Shown here in pieces: positions 22,667 to 34,004 of a stretch of 64,000 nucleotides of DNA. The DNA is taken from NCBI GenBank assembly GCA_023334545.1, contig JAADVB010000014.1, positions 1 through 64,000 of the forward strand, given 5' to 3'. The notes beneath the pieces were generated by a model. It was not told where the DNA came from, searched no databases, and saw nothing but the letters and a program-made list of their open reading frames with translations. Numbering within the stretch: the first letter of the stretch is position 1; each line of letters starts with the position of its first letter. The position numbers and the translations under genes are program-made. Source of the DNA: Salisapilia sapeloensis CBS 127946 (Eukaryota > Protista > Oomycota).

Positions 22667-24253
22667 ATGTCTATGCTTCGGCCCGAAATGCTGCAAGTGA
22701 CGGCACAGTCTGTCGGTATCGACAGCCTCAGCGACTCTTGCATTGAAGAGATGCTTCCAGAAGTAGAGTTTCGTGTCCGTGAGCTCGTACAAGACGCTCT
22801 CAAATTCCAACGCCACTCGAAAGCTCCATCCTTAACGCCACAACATATCAATCAAGCCTTAAAGGCACGTAATCTGGAGGAGTTGTATGGTTTCCCGAAT
22901 CAGAGCAGTAGTGTGCATAGCGGCCGAGGCATAAATGGTGCACCAGCCTATCACCAAGCTGAGACCAAGCCATCTCTCTTCTATTTAGAAGACGAAGAGC
23001 TGCAGATTGCTGAGCTTTTGCAAGTGCCACTACCCCAGCTACCACGCCAGCCAAGCGTGAACATACATTGGCTCGCTGTCGATGGAGTTCAGCCTTACAT
23101 ACCTGAAAACGATATCGTCGAGAGCGATAAAAAGATCACTAGAAATAATGAAGATGAAACATCCATTAGTCGCAAACCCCTAGTAAAGCATGCACTGACG
23201 GAAGAGATGCAGCTGTACTATACGAGGGTGACAGAAGCCATGGAGAGCGAGGACGAAGATCTTCAAAATGCAGTCTTTAGCAGCCTTGCACGCGATCCTG
23301 GCATCCATCAACTCTTACCATACCTATCGAGATTTGTCTACGATCAGGTATTTACATTTTATATACACATTCGTGATACACACCACCATATTTATCTTTA
23401 TCCCGATATAGGTGAAAGCAAGTCAGCACGATTTATCGCTTTTATTCTCTCTTGTGCGCATGTCCCGCTGTCTCCTCATCAACCCACATCTTCACGTGGA
23501 ATTATATGTAGGCTCAAACTACAAAATGTCGATGAGATAGATTTATACTAACATATCACGCTTTAATGCAGCTCCATCAACTTGTACCAGCGATGCTCAC
23601 TTGTATCCTCGGAAAGCAACTCTGTGAAAACCCAGCAGACGACCACTGGGTACTTCGTCGACATGCTGCCCAGCTTATCGCTCAGATCTGTGAACGATTT
23701 GGAGACACGTACCTCTCTGTTCAATCTCGGATTGCTAAGACATTCCACAAAGCAGTCACAGATCCAAACTGCGCTTTCACGACTCAATACGGTGCTTTAT
23801 ACGGTACTCATGTTCTGTTATTTTTAATGATGCCGGCTGTTATTGACGCTGTGGTCGAGATAGGTATGATGTACCTTGGTCCTCTCGTCGTTGAGTCGCT
23901 ACTCTTTCCTCAGTTGGCCGAGTACTGTAAGCGATTGGAACCTGCGCTGTCGTCCAGCAACCCGAATCTTGTAGAGCGATTGGAAGCCCAAAGCTGCTTT
24001 GGCATTCTTGTGGTACGTTTCACCAGACACATGGTTTGTTTCGAAGTCGTTAACAACCGCATTGTAGCATGTATCTGGATCCTACTTTTCCACAACGAAG
24101 AACTTGGCCGAACGCTCATCGCCTGCTTCTACGCTATCTGTGTCAACCCTATCGGATGTGATGCAGCTGCTCTATGATAACTTTGGCGAGAGTTTGCTTC
24201 CGTATATCTGTCTCCATCAGCCACGTGACAATCTTTTAGATCTAACGTTATAA
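22667..24253 (+). CDS. TAF6: TFIID subunit 6
   Basis: Histone fold (VTAQSVGI..VEFRVRELVQDALKFQRHSK), NIHWLAVDGVQP.IPEN, KH.LT.EMQLYY, DPGIHQLLPYL, DDHW.LR. Introns 23348-23411, 23508-23571, 23804-23863 and 24013-24067. Confidence 0.95.
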
Positions 24254-24328
24254 AGAAAAGTTGGAAAGAAAAGATTATATTCATTGCCGTCGCGTTCGAT
24301 ACCTTTCAATGCAATAGTGCTAGTTGAT

Positions 24329-25552
24329 TTAGATAAAGACTTTGCGAGGGAGGCATGTGTCGGAAGGCGGAGCGATCACTGCTTCTGCAGCAGAAAGGAA
24401 TTCCTCGGCTTCATCAAGCAGTGGAAACCCAAATTCGTCCAATGGCATGACTGTGACAGACACGCCAGGGGCATTGAGTTCGCCGACTGATTGCGTATTG
24501 GTACTCCTTCTAACTGGATAGTTGCTTCTATCTTTCTCTTTGCGATCGGGTTTAAAGAAGCCAAAGTGCTTCTCAAGTGTTTCGGACATGGTATTATCAT
24601 CGCTTCTGCGATCAAAGAACATGAACCAAAATGCTTCTCCTCCTCCATGATTCGGTTTCCAGCTCTTAAACGCATTGTAGAAATGCTTGGATTCGCTTTT
24701 GCTTGGTTTGTTCTTCTTTGCCCAGCTAGGTGGTGAACCACTCGTAGGCCATCCAATCTCCGTCAAGCGAATTTTATCTTCCGGGTATTTTGCGGTCATT
24801 TTGTTCCACACCCCATCGAGAAGCGCCAATGGTTTACTCCTAACATAGTTCGGGTCGAAGAAAGGATAGATGTTCACACCGATTATATCACATTCACGGG
24901 CCAACCTATCCATTCCAGCCCCGTCCCGCGGTTCTAGCCAATCTGTCGAACGCTGGACGGTCCCAACTTTGACGCTTGAAGGAACTCTACTTTTAAGGTA
25001 TTTAACCTTTTCTTTAACTTCGTCCGGTGTATACGGTCCGACTGGAGGAACGTTTTCGTTGCCAACGATGATGGCGCTAATAGTGTCTGGATATTTATTC
25101 ACTGCTTCCACAGCGTGATCATATTGCGACTTCCACCAATCGTCACGTGTCATGTAGACACCAAGATACAGCTTCACTTTCATCTCATGCGCGATGGGTG
25201 CAACCTGAACGCCGAAATAACTCGAGTAGTAAGTACGGACGACACCGTAATACTTTTTCATGAGTTGAAAGTCCTTTTTAATCGCGCCATAAATGTCACC
25301 AGGTTTCCCTCCGTTTAAAGGGTATTCCTTGTTGTGGAACGGTGAATAACAGACACCAGGAATAACCTTCTTGGAGCTTAGCATACCCACACCACTGGTT
25401 CGCTTAGGGATAGTTTGGTTTGCAGCTGCTTTAGCAATCTCGGCACTTTGTTCTGCGGGTAATGGTAGATTGTCTTCTGGGTTCTCTTGCAGAGCGTGAG
25501 TCAAACTTGCGACACATATACATAAAATGAGTTGCACTAGCACAGCACGCAT
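24329..25552 (-). CDS. Secreted GH17 beta-1,3-glucanase/glucanosyltransferase
   Basis: Signal peptide MRAVLVQLILCICVASLTHA. Motifs GVCYSPF, VRTY, IIVGNE (acid/base), IGVNIYPFF, LTEIGWPT (nucleophile), EKHFG. Confidence 0.92.
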   Translation of the reverse strand: MRAVLVQLILCICVASLTHALQENPEDNLPLPAEQSAEIAKAAANQTIPKRTSGVGMLSSKKVIPGVCYSPFHNKEYPLNGGKPGDIYGAIKKDFQLMKKYYGVVRTYYSSYFGVQVAPIAHEMKVKLYLGVYMTRDDWWKSQYDHAVEAVNKYPDTISAIIVGNENVPPVGPYTPDEVKEKVKYLKSRVPSSVKVGTVQRSTDWLEPRDGAGMDRLARECDIIGVNIYPFFDPNYVRSKPLALLDGVWNKMTAKYPEDKIRLTEIGWPTSGSPPSWAKKNKPSKSESKHFYNAFKSWKPNHGGGEAFWFMFFDRRSDDNTMSETLEKHFGFFKPDRKEKDRSNYPVRRSTNTQSVGELNAPGVSVTVMPLDEFGFPLLDEAEEFLSAAEAVIAPPSDTCLPRKVFI

Positions 25553-25984
25553 CTCGTTGACAGTTCTTCTTATATGCTGAATCGATGAGCAGTTGGATGG
25601 TGCTTTGGAAGGATTTTGGATTGTGGCAATCAACTACATTAAACACTTTGAAGCATCTCATGCTTCTCAATCCGGTAGTTTCAAGCTTCGCATACTTCTT
25701 TCATGATAAATCGTTTTTGATGCACAAGCCCCAATGGAGTAAAATGGGATGATGCTACGGGTAACGTTCCTTGGAAGCTTTAAATGAAGTACTCGGTAAG
25801 CTTAACCTGAAGATCTGATGTGCTTGAGTGAATTTGGAAACCGACGAGGGTCTAGTTTAACCATGAAACGGACTTTCATCTACGCAAAACGGACATCCTT
25901 CTAGTCCACTTCAAGAAGCATGTGGAAACCAATTCGTCTTACAAATCCTAGTGCATAATAGTCAAATAGATATTCAAAGTTATC

Positions 25985-28265
25985 TCAAAGATCCACTTCG
26001 CTCAACGGCATACTGACGACAGCGGAGACTAGAGGCACACAGCTATTTCAAATAAGGATTGAGTAACAATGCGATACTCGTCACGTCGTGACCGTACTAC
26101 ATACCTGTCTTGACCACAGACGAAAATGTAAATGTTATCCGCTGCGCCCGTTTCCAAGACGCTTTCTACTTCCGTCTTGTATGCGTACTGGGCATTCTAC
26201 ATTTGCACGACATAGATCAGAATGAATACGGTTTATAATGCTATATAAAAGTCGTACAGGAATAACGAGTGGAACCTGCAGCACGCTCTTCGTCATTCGA
26301 TACAACGAATGATCGTAGTGGAAAGCGACAATCAAATCTTGCACAGATCGACTACCAGCATTCTATTGGCAGTACGATGAGCTCGTCATATGTATGTACT
26401 CATCCTTTTGTGTCATACTTGTAGATGAAGATTGATGCGGAAGCTTGGACCAAGACCTTGCACTTGAGCGTTTAAGCGCAGAGCAGTTCCGGTCGTGTAT
26501 GACAAGGGCGCCTATGTAAAGATCATGATCAGCCATGTTTTAAAAATGAATACTAGGCAGAAAGTCTTACCTGGCCATCCTTGATAATTTTTACGTATGC
26601 TCTCGCAGTGGTCAAACGCAGTTTGCACAAGTCTCGTTGAAAGTGGCGGTGCATCTCAATCGCATGGTCTCGCTCGCGTTGTGTCTGCTCCACATATAGC
26701 TTTGTTTTCTTAGGAATATCCAGCGGAATGTCTTGCTCCGGCGGAGGTCCAGATGCATCAGATATCGCTTCAAGGTTCGCGACCCGCCGAAGTATTTTAA
26801 TCGACAAAGCTCCTGTCTTTTGCACCAGGACTAAGCTTGCTTCCTCTCTTCCGTACCGGCCGAAGCGTATACCAGTTAGAATACCATCCATTGCCAGTGT
26901 CGAGACTTTAATCTTTTCATTGTACAAGGCAACATTGCCGTTCTTTAGCCCGACAAGAACACCGTGTGTGTCTTTCGTACGCTCGAGGTCGAAGCTTTCT
27001 ATGGCGAGGATATCATCTGGCAATGTCAAGCTCCAGTTCTTCTTTCCTTTAACGTGATACGAAACGAGTTTCCGGTCAGCACATGCGATGATCATGCTTT
27101 TATCGTTTAAAACGAGACCACAAGGTGGCGCTTCTAGTACGATTATCGATCGCTGCAGTTCATTATTCTTTATCGTGTACACAGCACCATGACGGGTGGA
27201 CACAATGATGCGGCTCTCAACATCCAAAACACCCGCAGCGGCGATATCGACCGGAATACCAGGGATCTTGATCTTGATCTTAGCCGTATTACCTTGAGGG
27301 TTAAGTATATATACGTAGTGAGTCTCGGTTGCTACCACCAAACTACTAACTTGTTAGTTTGCTGCATGAAAGGAGGTTCATAGTACAGCGTACCAGCTAG
27401 TAGCGTTTGGAACATCATGTGCTTTGCGCAGATAAGTCATGCAGTTGATGCTCGATGGCTCAACTAGTGGTTCGTCCAGGTACTGTGTCACATACTCTGC
27501 CTGCTCATCAATATCATCAATTGCCATCAGACCTTTCGACCTATCACTTAAGCGTATGCCAAGTTGACGAATGGCGGCGAGCTGATGCATGGCTGCGGGG
27601 ATGTCAATGGTACATTTAAACAGAGATTCCCAAACTTTAACTTCCTCCGCCTCCGTTTCAAGTGCGGGGACAGTGAACTTATAATGCGGACGGAAGTGGC
27701 GATAGATGTATATGTAAGCACCAGCACCAACTGCAATGCATGGAACACGAGGATGGTTGGAGTCTAGCGGACATATACTTGTCAGCAACAGTAATAATTT
27801 GCTTTTTAGCTCTCTTTTACCTGGATAAAAGTGTGTCAGCGACGATGGTCGACCAAGGAGTGCTTGCTCATTGTACAGCGTTGTTCCTACAAGTGAGCGA
27901 AGTAAATGAGTAGGTACTTTAGATTGCCATCGATTGCCTACCTTTGTACATCTTCAACCGTTTGTCAGCATCAGCCACAATCAGCTTATAATCGCCATCT
28001 CCATATACATCCACGAGATCGATGCAGCTACAAACATTTAGTAAGACAAGCTCTGCAGCATCACTGGAGAATGCCAAACTTTGAGTAAGCTTTCACGTCT
28101 GCGACGGGGTTATGATACGCGGACAGCCATGGGCCTACAAGAGCATCAAAGGGTATCTTGTCTACTGCCTCATCCAAAGCAGACTATACCTTTAACCTCT
28201 TTTTCTACGTGCTTGGATGTTGGGCTAGTTGCTTTATCATCTTCTCGTCGAGCTCTTTCTGTCAT
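25985..28265 (-). CDS. BBS1: Bardet-Biedl syndrome 1 protein (BBSome), about 10 exons
   Basis: Spliced PWLSAYHNPVA..DVYGDGDYKLIVAD, LVVATE, RFGRYGREE.SL, PPPEQDIPL.IPKKTKLYVEQTQRER, FQRDLCKLRL, VQGLGP.FR, PLVSAVVSMPLSE. Confidence 0.95.
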
Positions 28266-28527
28266 GATGATGTTGATTGGGAAAAGTCAAAAAGGCACTT
28301 GTGAGCGAACGAAATCGGATGAAACACCTCCATTTCCTTGGCTAATTTTATCCTTCGGAAACAGTTCATGGAAACGAAGACCCTTTTCATGCTTTACAAA
28401 ATGCCTACTCTGCGTTTCGTGCGCACTACATTCGATTCACTCCAGCAGCTGCCTAATAATTGCTCATGCAAAGACGTTCGGCAATCCAATACCTACAACG
28501 TAGATAAGCTACCATTACGAGAGTCTA

Positions 28528-29740
28528 TTAAACGACTAGACGCACCATAAATCGTCCGGAAACCTGCTTATAATGTTTCCAAATAACAGGCTCATCCACA
28601 AACGGAACTCGGACAGTACCATGGTGACTATGGTCTGGGATCAGGGCACATCGACAGGTAGACAAGGAATCACAGCCGCCAGATCGTCTCAACGGAAGCC
28701 ACATGGCATCACAACTAGAAGCATGTCAGTACCGTCCACAGGATTCAATGAGTTGCATCTTACCTTTCAAGTAAATCGGACTCGAAGTCACACCCGGTGC
28801 ACTCGACGTGGACGGAGACGACAGCAAATTCAAACATGCGGAGTGGAAGAAATCGATTGTGCCACGGTTGATGCACACTCGTGCCATTCATTGCCACTAC
28901 TCTCGGTGCCAACTGCTTTTGGGATAAAGTGTTATCTCTATCAGAAAGAATGCGTCCTTTGTGCCCATCTTTGAAGTAGACTTGGATGTTTTCTAGATCC
29001 AATGACACTGGCATCGGCTGCGTGTTCTGAACGATCAACCGGAATTGGACACATGCCAAGTTCTGATCGATCGACAAGACACGGCAATCGGGTTGATGGG
29101 CTACCATGAGCCACGCATCTACGCCTTCCTGTCGATTCTTTCCCCAGATAACCTGTCGCTGTTGCACAAGATGAGCTCAAGTCTACAGTTTATGAAAACA
29201 GAACGTACTTGCGTCGTGTAGCGTCCGCGTGGGATACATCGGTTTTGATGTAGAAACTCGTACAAGTGACGAAAGTCCATAATGTTATATCGACGCAATA
29301 ACGCCTCCGGACGTTCGAGATGCCATCGAGCAATGCAGTATTGTTTCCACAGACGCTCTCGACGACAGACTTGACGCCAAAACGTATTTACACGTCTATC
29401 ATCCTTTTCAGTACGCCGTTTGCAGAGAAATTAATAAAGAACGTACGCAACTTGCGCGACATCGAGCGGTGCCAAGAAGCTTATAATAGTCTCTACCTAT
29501 AGTCCATTCATACGTCAGTTGGAGTACAAATGAGCGTCGATAGAGAAAGGTACGAGTTCGTCCGAGAGCCTGCCATCACTTGTCATTTCGACCGCTTGCT
29601 TCGTTTCAAGGTATGGCCTGCAATCAAGAGCATTACTAGGTCACATTCCTAGCTCCATTCTGTTTGGCTCATTCTCCACGTCGATTCGTCCGTTACAAGA
29701 TGTAGGACTCGGTAGGACTACGATTCCTGTCCCGCGCCAT
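28528..29740 (-). CDS. F-box protein (multi-exon; start at 29586 or 29740)
   Basis: Hand-splicing across 51-57 nt introns gives LSDELVETIISFLAPLDVAQVARVNTFWRQVCRRERLWKQYCIARW (F-box). It continues into ORF 28760-29167 and a last exon ending WKHYKQVSGRFMVRLVV*. Confidence 0.75.
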
Positions 29741-30388
29741 GTTGAAGCTCAAGGATGTAGAGTATCTATTCAGTCAACCGCTCGTATCATGCATGGATGG
29801 CATTGCTCTTGCGTACACTCTCGTGGCGTACATGTCGCGCGACTTGATACATCGGTATCGACTCGTATTTCCGAAGTATTGCGCATAGCGATAAGTCACG
29901 TTACTGCGCCATTCGATGGAGGTTTTCATCTTGTGTAGCTCGTTTCCGCCATATACTTTCGACGGAAAAAGGTTTTTCTCTCCCGACCCGATCCTGCACC
30001 CTCGATGTGAAGGAAGGATCGGCTGATAGTTTGAACGAGCGGGACGGTCGTGACGTTGTGAGCTCTCTTATTCTGTCCTGCGTGCCAGCACCCATCCTCG
30101 CCTGTGCCACATGTCACAATGTGTCATGTACGGTAGTGACGGCCCGACCATCTTGTAAACAGGTTCTGGGCGGTACTCTCGCGCGCCCCCGTCCCTTTCC
30201 ATCCTCTCGTGGCCTTGACTGACCATTTTCACTTCGTTTGCCTTTCCTCCGAGATACCCATTCTTTCGTGCGTTGACAATCGAAAGGGGCGTCGCATTTT
30301 TTGTCGCGATTGAACGCTGACGTCGCGCTCTCCACTAGCAACGGACGTGACACGCCCAGTAGATAACTTTCGACTTTCTTTGTCTTTC

Positions 30389-33300
30389 ATGGGTGAACCG
30401 GCACAAGGACCGACGTTCACACGCTCGCAGGACTGGAGCGAATCGAACAACTCGCATGACGATGACAGCTATGTCGCCAAAGGTCCATCTCTATCTTATG
30501 AACGCAAGATACGCCTACATAAGTATGCTGAGAATCGAGCTCGATCTTGTTTGGGCCTCGTAAGTGACGCTTCGACGGTCCTATGGAAGTTGCACGAAAG
30601 CAAGCACGACACGGCGGTCTTCAAACCATCGTCCGACTGGTCTGAATTCCTATCGGCCAAAGCCGTCGTTCGTGCAGATGCGAGCTTTCCACACGTTCTC
30701 AAAACAGTATATGACTTGAAAACGTCGTCTAAATTCAAACTCTTCCTGCGTAAAGTTTTGGGGGACGCATTCTTAGACGCTGAGGTTCTCGAAGATCTCA
30801 ATGGGACAGGCATGTACTCGGACACGAGTCCATCGGCAAAAGCCCCGGCGTCATTTAAACAAGCCGCCATCAAGTGGTGGGCCATCAAGTCGGGCAGTTT
30901 AGCTAGTAAAGCGTCTGATTTCTACGTCCTCGAGTACGTCGGGAACGAATCAGTTGGAAGTGACATTGTTTCGTGTTATTTGTTTCAGGAAAGTCTAGCA
31001 GAAGTCGGTGGGATGCCACCAATCATGGGTAATAACCTCGAGCGTTCTCAATTCGATGCACTCATTTGTAAGTTTGAACGCCTCCCGGCAAAAGACTATG
31101 GTCGCGAGTGTGTCATGATCTCCGTCGCGTTCCAACGACCTCCACCCATGGTCTCCTTATTTCGGAATAACCCGGCAACGGAGATGGTGTCGCAACTGGC
31201 CAAGGGTTTAAAAGAGTTGTTGGAAGACCCGCCGATTCCGAACGCCATCTCGGTCGTTAAGACGTCTGCTTGGGTCAAAGACAAGGAGCGACAGTATTGC
31301 TACATTTGTGTCCGACGTTTCTCGCCGCTCTTTCGTCGAAAACACCACTGTCGGTCGTGTGGTGAAATCATTTGCTGGCTTTGCAGCTCCACGCTTCGTG
31401 TCCCGTCCATTAGCTTTTCCCATACGAACAGTGGACGACAAGTGCTGTCTCGACACCAACCATCTATCCGAGTGTGCACCAAGTGTGTTGTGTCCCACCA
31501 TCGGATGAAAATCGATCGAGACATGGACAACCAAGAAGATTTTAAAGAATGGATGCAACGAGCGCATAGTGCTCATGCGCATCAAGAGGACCCAGTAGCT
31601 CCAATGAAGAACAGTGCAGACCGCCCGACGGAGGAATCGAATCCGAATGACGATCTGAACTATCCTCGAAGCGTAAGTCTTAGTGAAGACCAGTTACCTC
31701 GCAAGTACATGCGACTAAGTATTGAAGAAGAGGAAGAGGAGAAGGAAGAACCTCAGGAACGACAAGGGAGAAGAGTGCCTCGACGTAGGAAACAGAAACG
31801 TAGTCAAGAGTCGTATCACAATCGATTCTCGCAGACTGAAAGACGATCGTTACATGTTGTCACAGATACGCCAAATCGTCCATCTCAGCAGGGTGCAAAG
31901 AATCCTCCAAAACGTACGAATAAAGGGCATGCGAAAGTCTACGGAAATGGAAAGAAAAGTCCAGTGGATGTGGCAGACGATGGCTTTGACTCGCTATTGT
32001 CACCTGGATGTGTCCATGCGGCGTCTGCCTGGGCGACACATCAAAAGGAGGAAACCGCACTAACTGGAGCCTTTCAAGAGCTCCTGACCAAGCTCAGTGG
32101 TGAAGTCCATTTCCTCGTCATCGGCTTCTCGACTGGCTTCAACGCTGATGTCATTATTGATCGTCTACGTCACTTGGCGCCCGGTGTCCCCTACATTGGC
32201 GGCACGATCGCTCGAGGCATGTGCGATGAAAACGCCTGGGTGTCTGTCAATCGCCACAATGATCAGGGACTATTAACGCTGTGGGGAGTGAACGACCCGA
32301 AAGGCGTGTACACCGTTGCGCATGCCGAGTACGCCCATAGTGACGCAAAATACAAGACTAGCGCTGCGACGAAAGCAGCTTTGACTAAAGTCCGGTCGCA
32401 GATGTACTATCCAGCTCAACCTGCTTTTGCTGCTACCTACGCCTGCCCACTGTTCGTAGATCGAGCGCTGGAAGGCATTCGAGAAGTCGTGTCTTGCCCT
32501 ATCGTCGGTGGCTGTTCGTCTGATGCAGCTCGATACAGAGACGGGCAGGCTGTGGCGAGTTGGATGCAGATTAGCAGTGGTGGTGCGAATGGACGGGAGG
32601 CTCATGGAGAGGCGACGGAGATGGGCATTGCATTTGCCTTGTGCTTCCCGAGTGTTGAGACACACGTGAGTTGGTTTAGTGGATATGATCCTGTTCGAGT
32701 GGGTAATGAGTACTGCATGGGCGTCGTGTCCAAGTCTTCTGGAAAGATGATTGAAGAGATTGATGGACGACCTGCTGCCGATGTTTATCGAGAGTGGCTG
32801 GACGTAGTGTCTGCTCAGCACGGATCGGACTGGAAGAACATTGGCTTCCCGCGTCTCGGTAACCTCCATCCGCTCGGTACGACCATCGACTTTGCGTCCA
32901 AGCACATGGACATTGAACGCAGCCATACATTCACGTCCATGAGCTCGCTGGTGTCGTTGCAGTCCAGCGACTGGTCTCGACTGATTAATCGCACGGCGGT
33001 GATCACTGGGATGCACGATAATGGATCGCTGAACACGACGAGCTCCGTGGCAGTCGGTACGAACGTTGTGCTGATGCAAACGTCTGGAGAAGCGCTCAAG
33101 CAAGCGGTGAACCGGATGGGCGCGCAAGTGATGGAGAGCCGCAAGTTTAGTCTGCACGAGACGATCGGCTGCCTCATGTTCCTCTCTGCTGGTGTCCAAG
33201 CGTTGTTGGGGCACAAGAGTATGGCTGAAATGGTCGGTGCGTATAAAGACTGGTCTGGCGGCGCATCGATGATGGGCATGACGACGTTCGGGGAGGTCGG

Positions 33301-33391
33301 ACACTTGCCTTGTTTTAATGACGCACCACATTATGATTCGCTCATGTTTGGAGCGATTATCTTTTCCAAGCGAAAGCGAAAAGACTTCTAA
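30389..33391 (+). CDS. START-like / FYVE zinc finger / FIST (FIST_N + FIST_C) multidomain protein
   Basis: Intact FYVE (WVKD, RRKHHCRSCGEIIC, RVCTKC). The C-terminal ~450 aa has FIST hallmarks (IGGT, PIVGGCS.D, SGY.P, I.EIDGRPAADVYREW, GMTTFGE). Confidence 0.85.
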   Translation: MGEPAQGPTFTRSQDWSESNNSHDDDSYVAKGPSLSYERKIRLHKYAENRARSCLGLVSDASTVLWKLHESKHDTAVFKPSSDWSEFLSAKAVVRADASFPHVLKTVYDLKTSSKFKLFLRKVLGDAFLDAEVLEDLNGTGMYSDTSPSAKAPASFKQAAIKWWAIKSGSLASKASDFYVLEYVGNESVGSDIVSCYLFQESLAEVGGMPPIMGNNLERSQFDALICKFERLPAKDYGRECVMISVAFQRPPPMVSLFRNNPATEMVSQLAKGLKELLEDPPIPNAISVVKTSAWVKDKERQYCYICVRRFSPLFRRKHHCRSCGEIICWLCSSTLRVPSISFSHTNSGRQVLSRHQPSIRVCTKCVVSHHRMKIDRDMDNQEDFKEWMQRAHSAHAHQEDPVAPMKNSADRPTEESNPNDDLNYPRSVSLSEDQLPRKYMRLSIEEEEEEKEEPQERQGRRVPRRRKQKRSQESYHNRFSQTERRSLHVVTDTPNRPSQQGAKNPPKRTNKGHAKVYGNGKKSPVDVADDGFDSLLSPGCVHAASAWATHQKEETALTGAFQELLTKLSGEVHFLVIGFSTGFNADVIIDRLRHLAPGVPYIGGTIARGMCDENAWVSVNRHNDQGLLTLWGVNDPKGVYTVAHAEYAHSDAKYKTSAATKAALTKVRSQMYYPAQPAFAATYACPLFVDRALEGIREVVSCPIVGGCSSDAARYRDGQAVASWMQISSGGANGREAHGEATEMGIAFALCFPSVETHVSWFSGYDPVRVGNEYCMGVVSKSSGKMIEEIDGRPAADVYREWLDVVSAQHGSDWKNIGFPRLGNLHPLGTTIDFASKHMDIERSHTFTSMSSLVSLQSSDWSRLINRTAVITGMHDNGSLNTTSSVAVGTNVVLMQTSGEALKQAVNRMGAQVMESRKFSLHETIGCLMFLSAGVQALLGHKSMAEMVGAYKDWSGGASMMGMTTFGEVGHLPCFNDAPHYDSLMFGAIIFSKRKRKDF

Positions 33392-33677
33392 TTGATAATT
33401 CATATAAAACTTTATTACAATTGAAGCCGTCTTCGTGTCTATCGACTATTGTGCTTTCCAATTGATATTTCATACGTAGTACTAAATATGAGTCTGCCAA
33501 GGAGCATATACAAACGCCAGGGAACATGAAGTTGGCACATGGATATCCATTGGAAACTTGGCTGTTGGAAGTATGCGAAATGACTGTTTGAGGAGTGTAC
33601 CGCTCGAGTGCCATCTTTTTCCTACCAACGAATTTCAGCACAAGTCGAATCGATCGACAGAGCAGGAAGTGAACGAA

Positions 33678-34004
33678 ATGACGTCGAGTGGATCTAGCTG
33701 CGGTATCAACCGGAAGAAGATTAATGTCCGGAAGATGAAGCGCAAGGAGAGTAAGAACCAGAAGAAAGTGTGGCGGTCCAACCATGGCGACCAGCGTGCT
33801 TTGCGCGACAGCGTCAAGTCCAAGAAGAAGCAGCGCAAGGACTCGAAGCGAAGACGCAATTACGCAGAGGCAGAGAAAGACAAAATGCTTCGAGACGGCT
33901 TGATCACGCAAGAGGACGTGGACAAGCTGGAGAAGGAGGAGAAGGCGAAAGAGGAAGAGGAGGCAGCCAAAGAAGAATCCATGGACGTGGATGAGTCCTT
34001 GTAG
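33678..34004 (+). CDS. Small basic/acidic hypothetical protein, possibly nucleolar
   Basis: 108-aa ORF, K/R-rich N-half and acidic tail, with coding-like codon usage. No family recognised. Confidence 0.7.
   Translation: MTSSGSSCGINRKKINVRKMKRKESKNQKKVWRSNHGDQRALRDSVKSKKKQRKDSKRRRNYAEAEKDKMLRDGLITQEDVDKLEKEEKAKEEEEAAKEESMDVDESL

Noticed and set aside
25745-25820. C/D-box snoRNA-like ATGATG..CTGA
   Set aside because: The C box is imperfect, I see no terminal stem or rRNA-complementary guide, and it lies in the GH17 upstream region.
29320-29890. Plus-strand spliceable ORF (MPSSNAVLF..PKYCA)
   Set aside because: It overlaps the minus-strand exons that encode a clear F-box, and has no recognisable motif.
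32273-33403. 376-aa antisense ORF
   Set aside because: It lies opposite the FIST domain, has no motifs, and is a typical GC-rich shadow.
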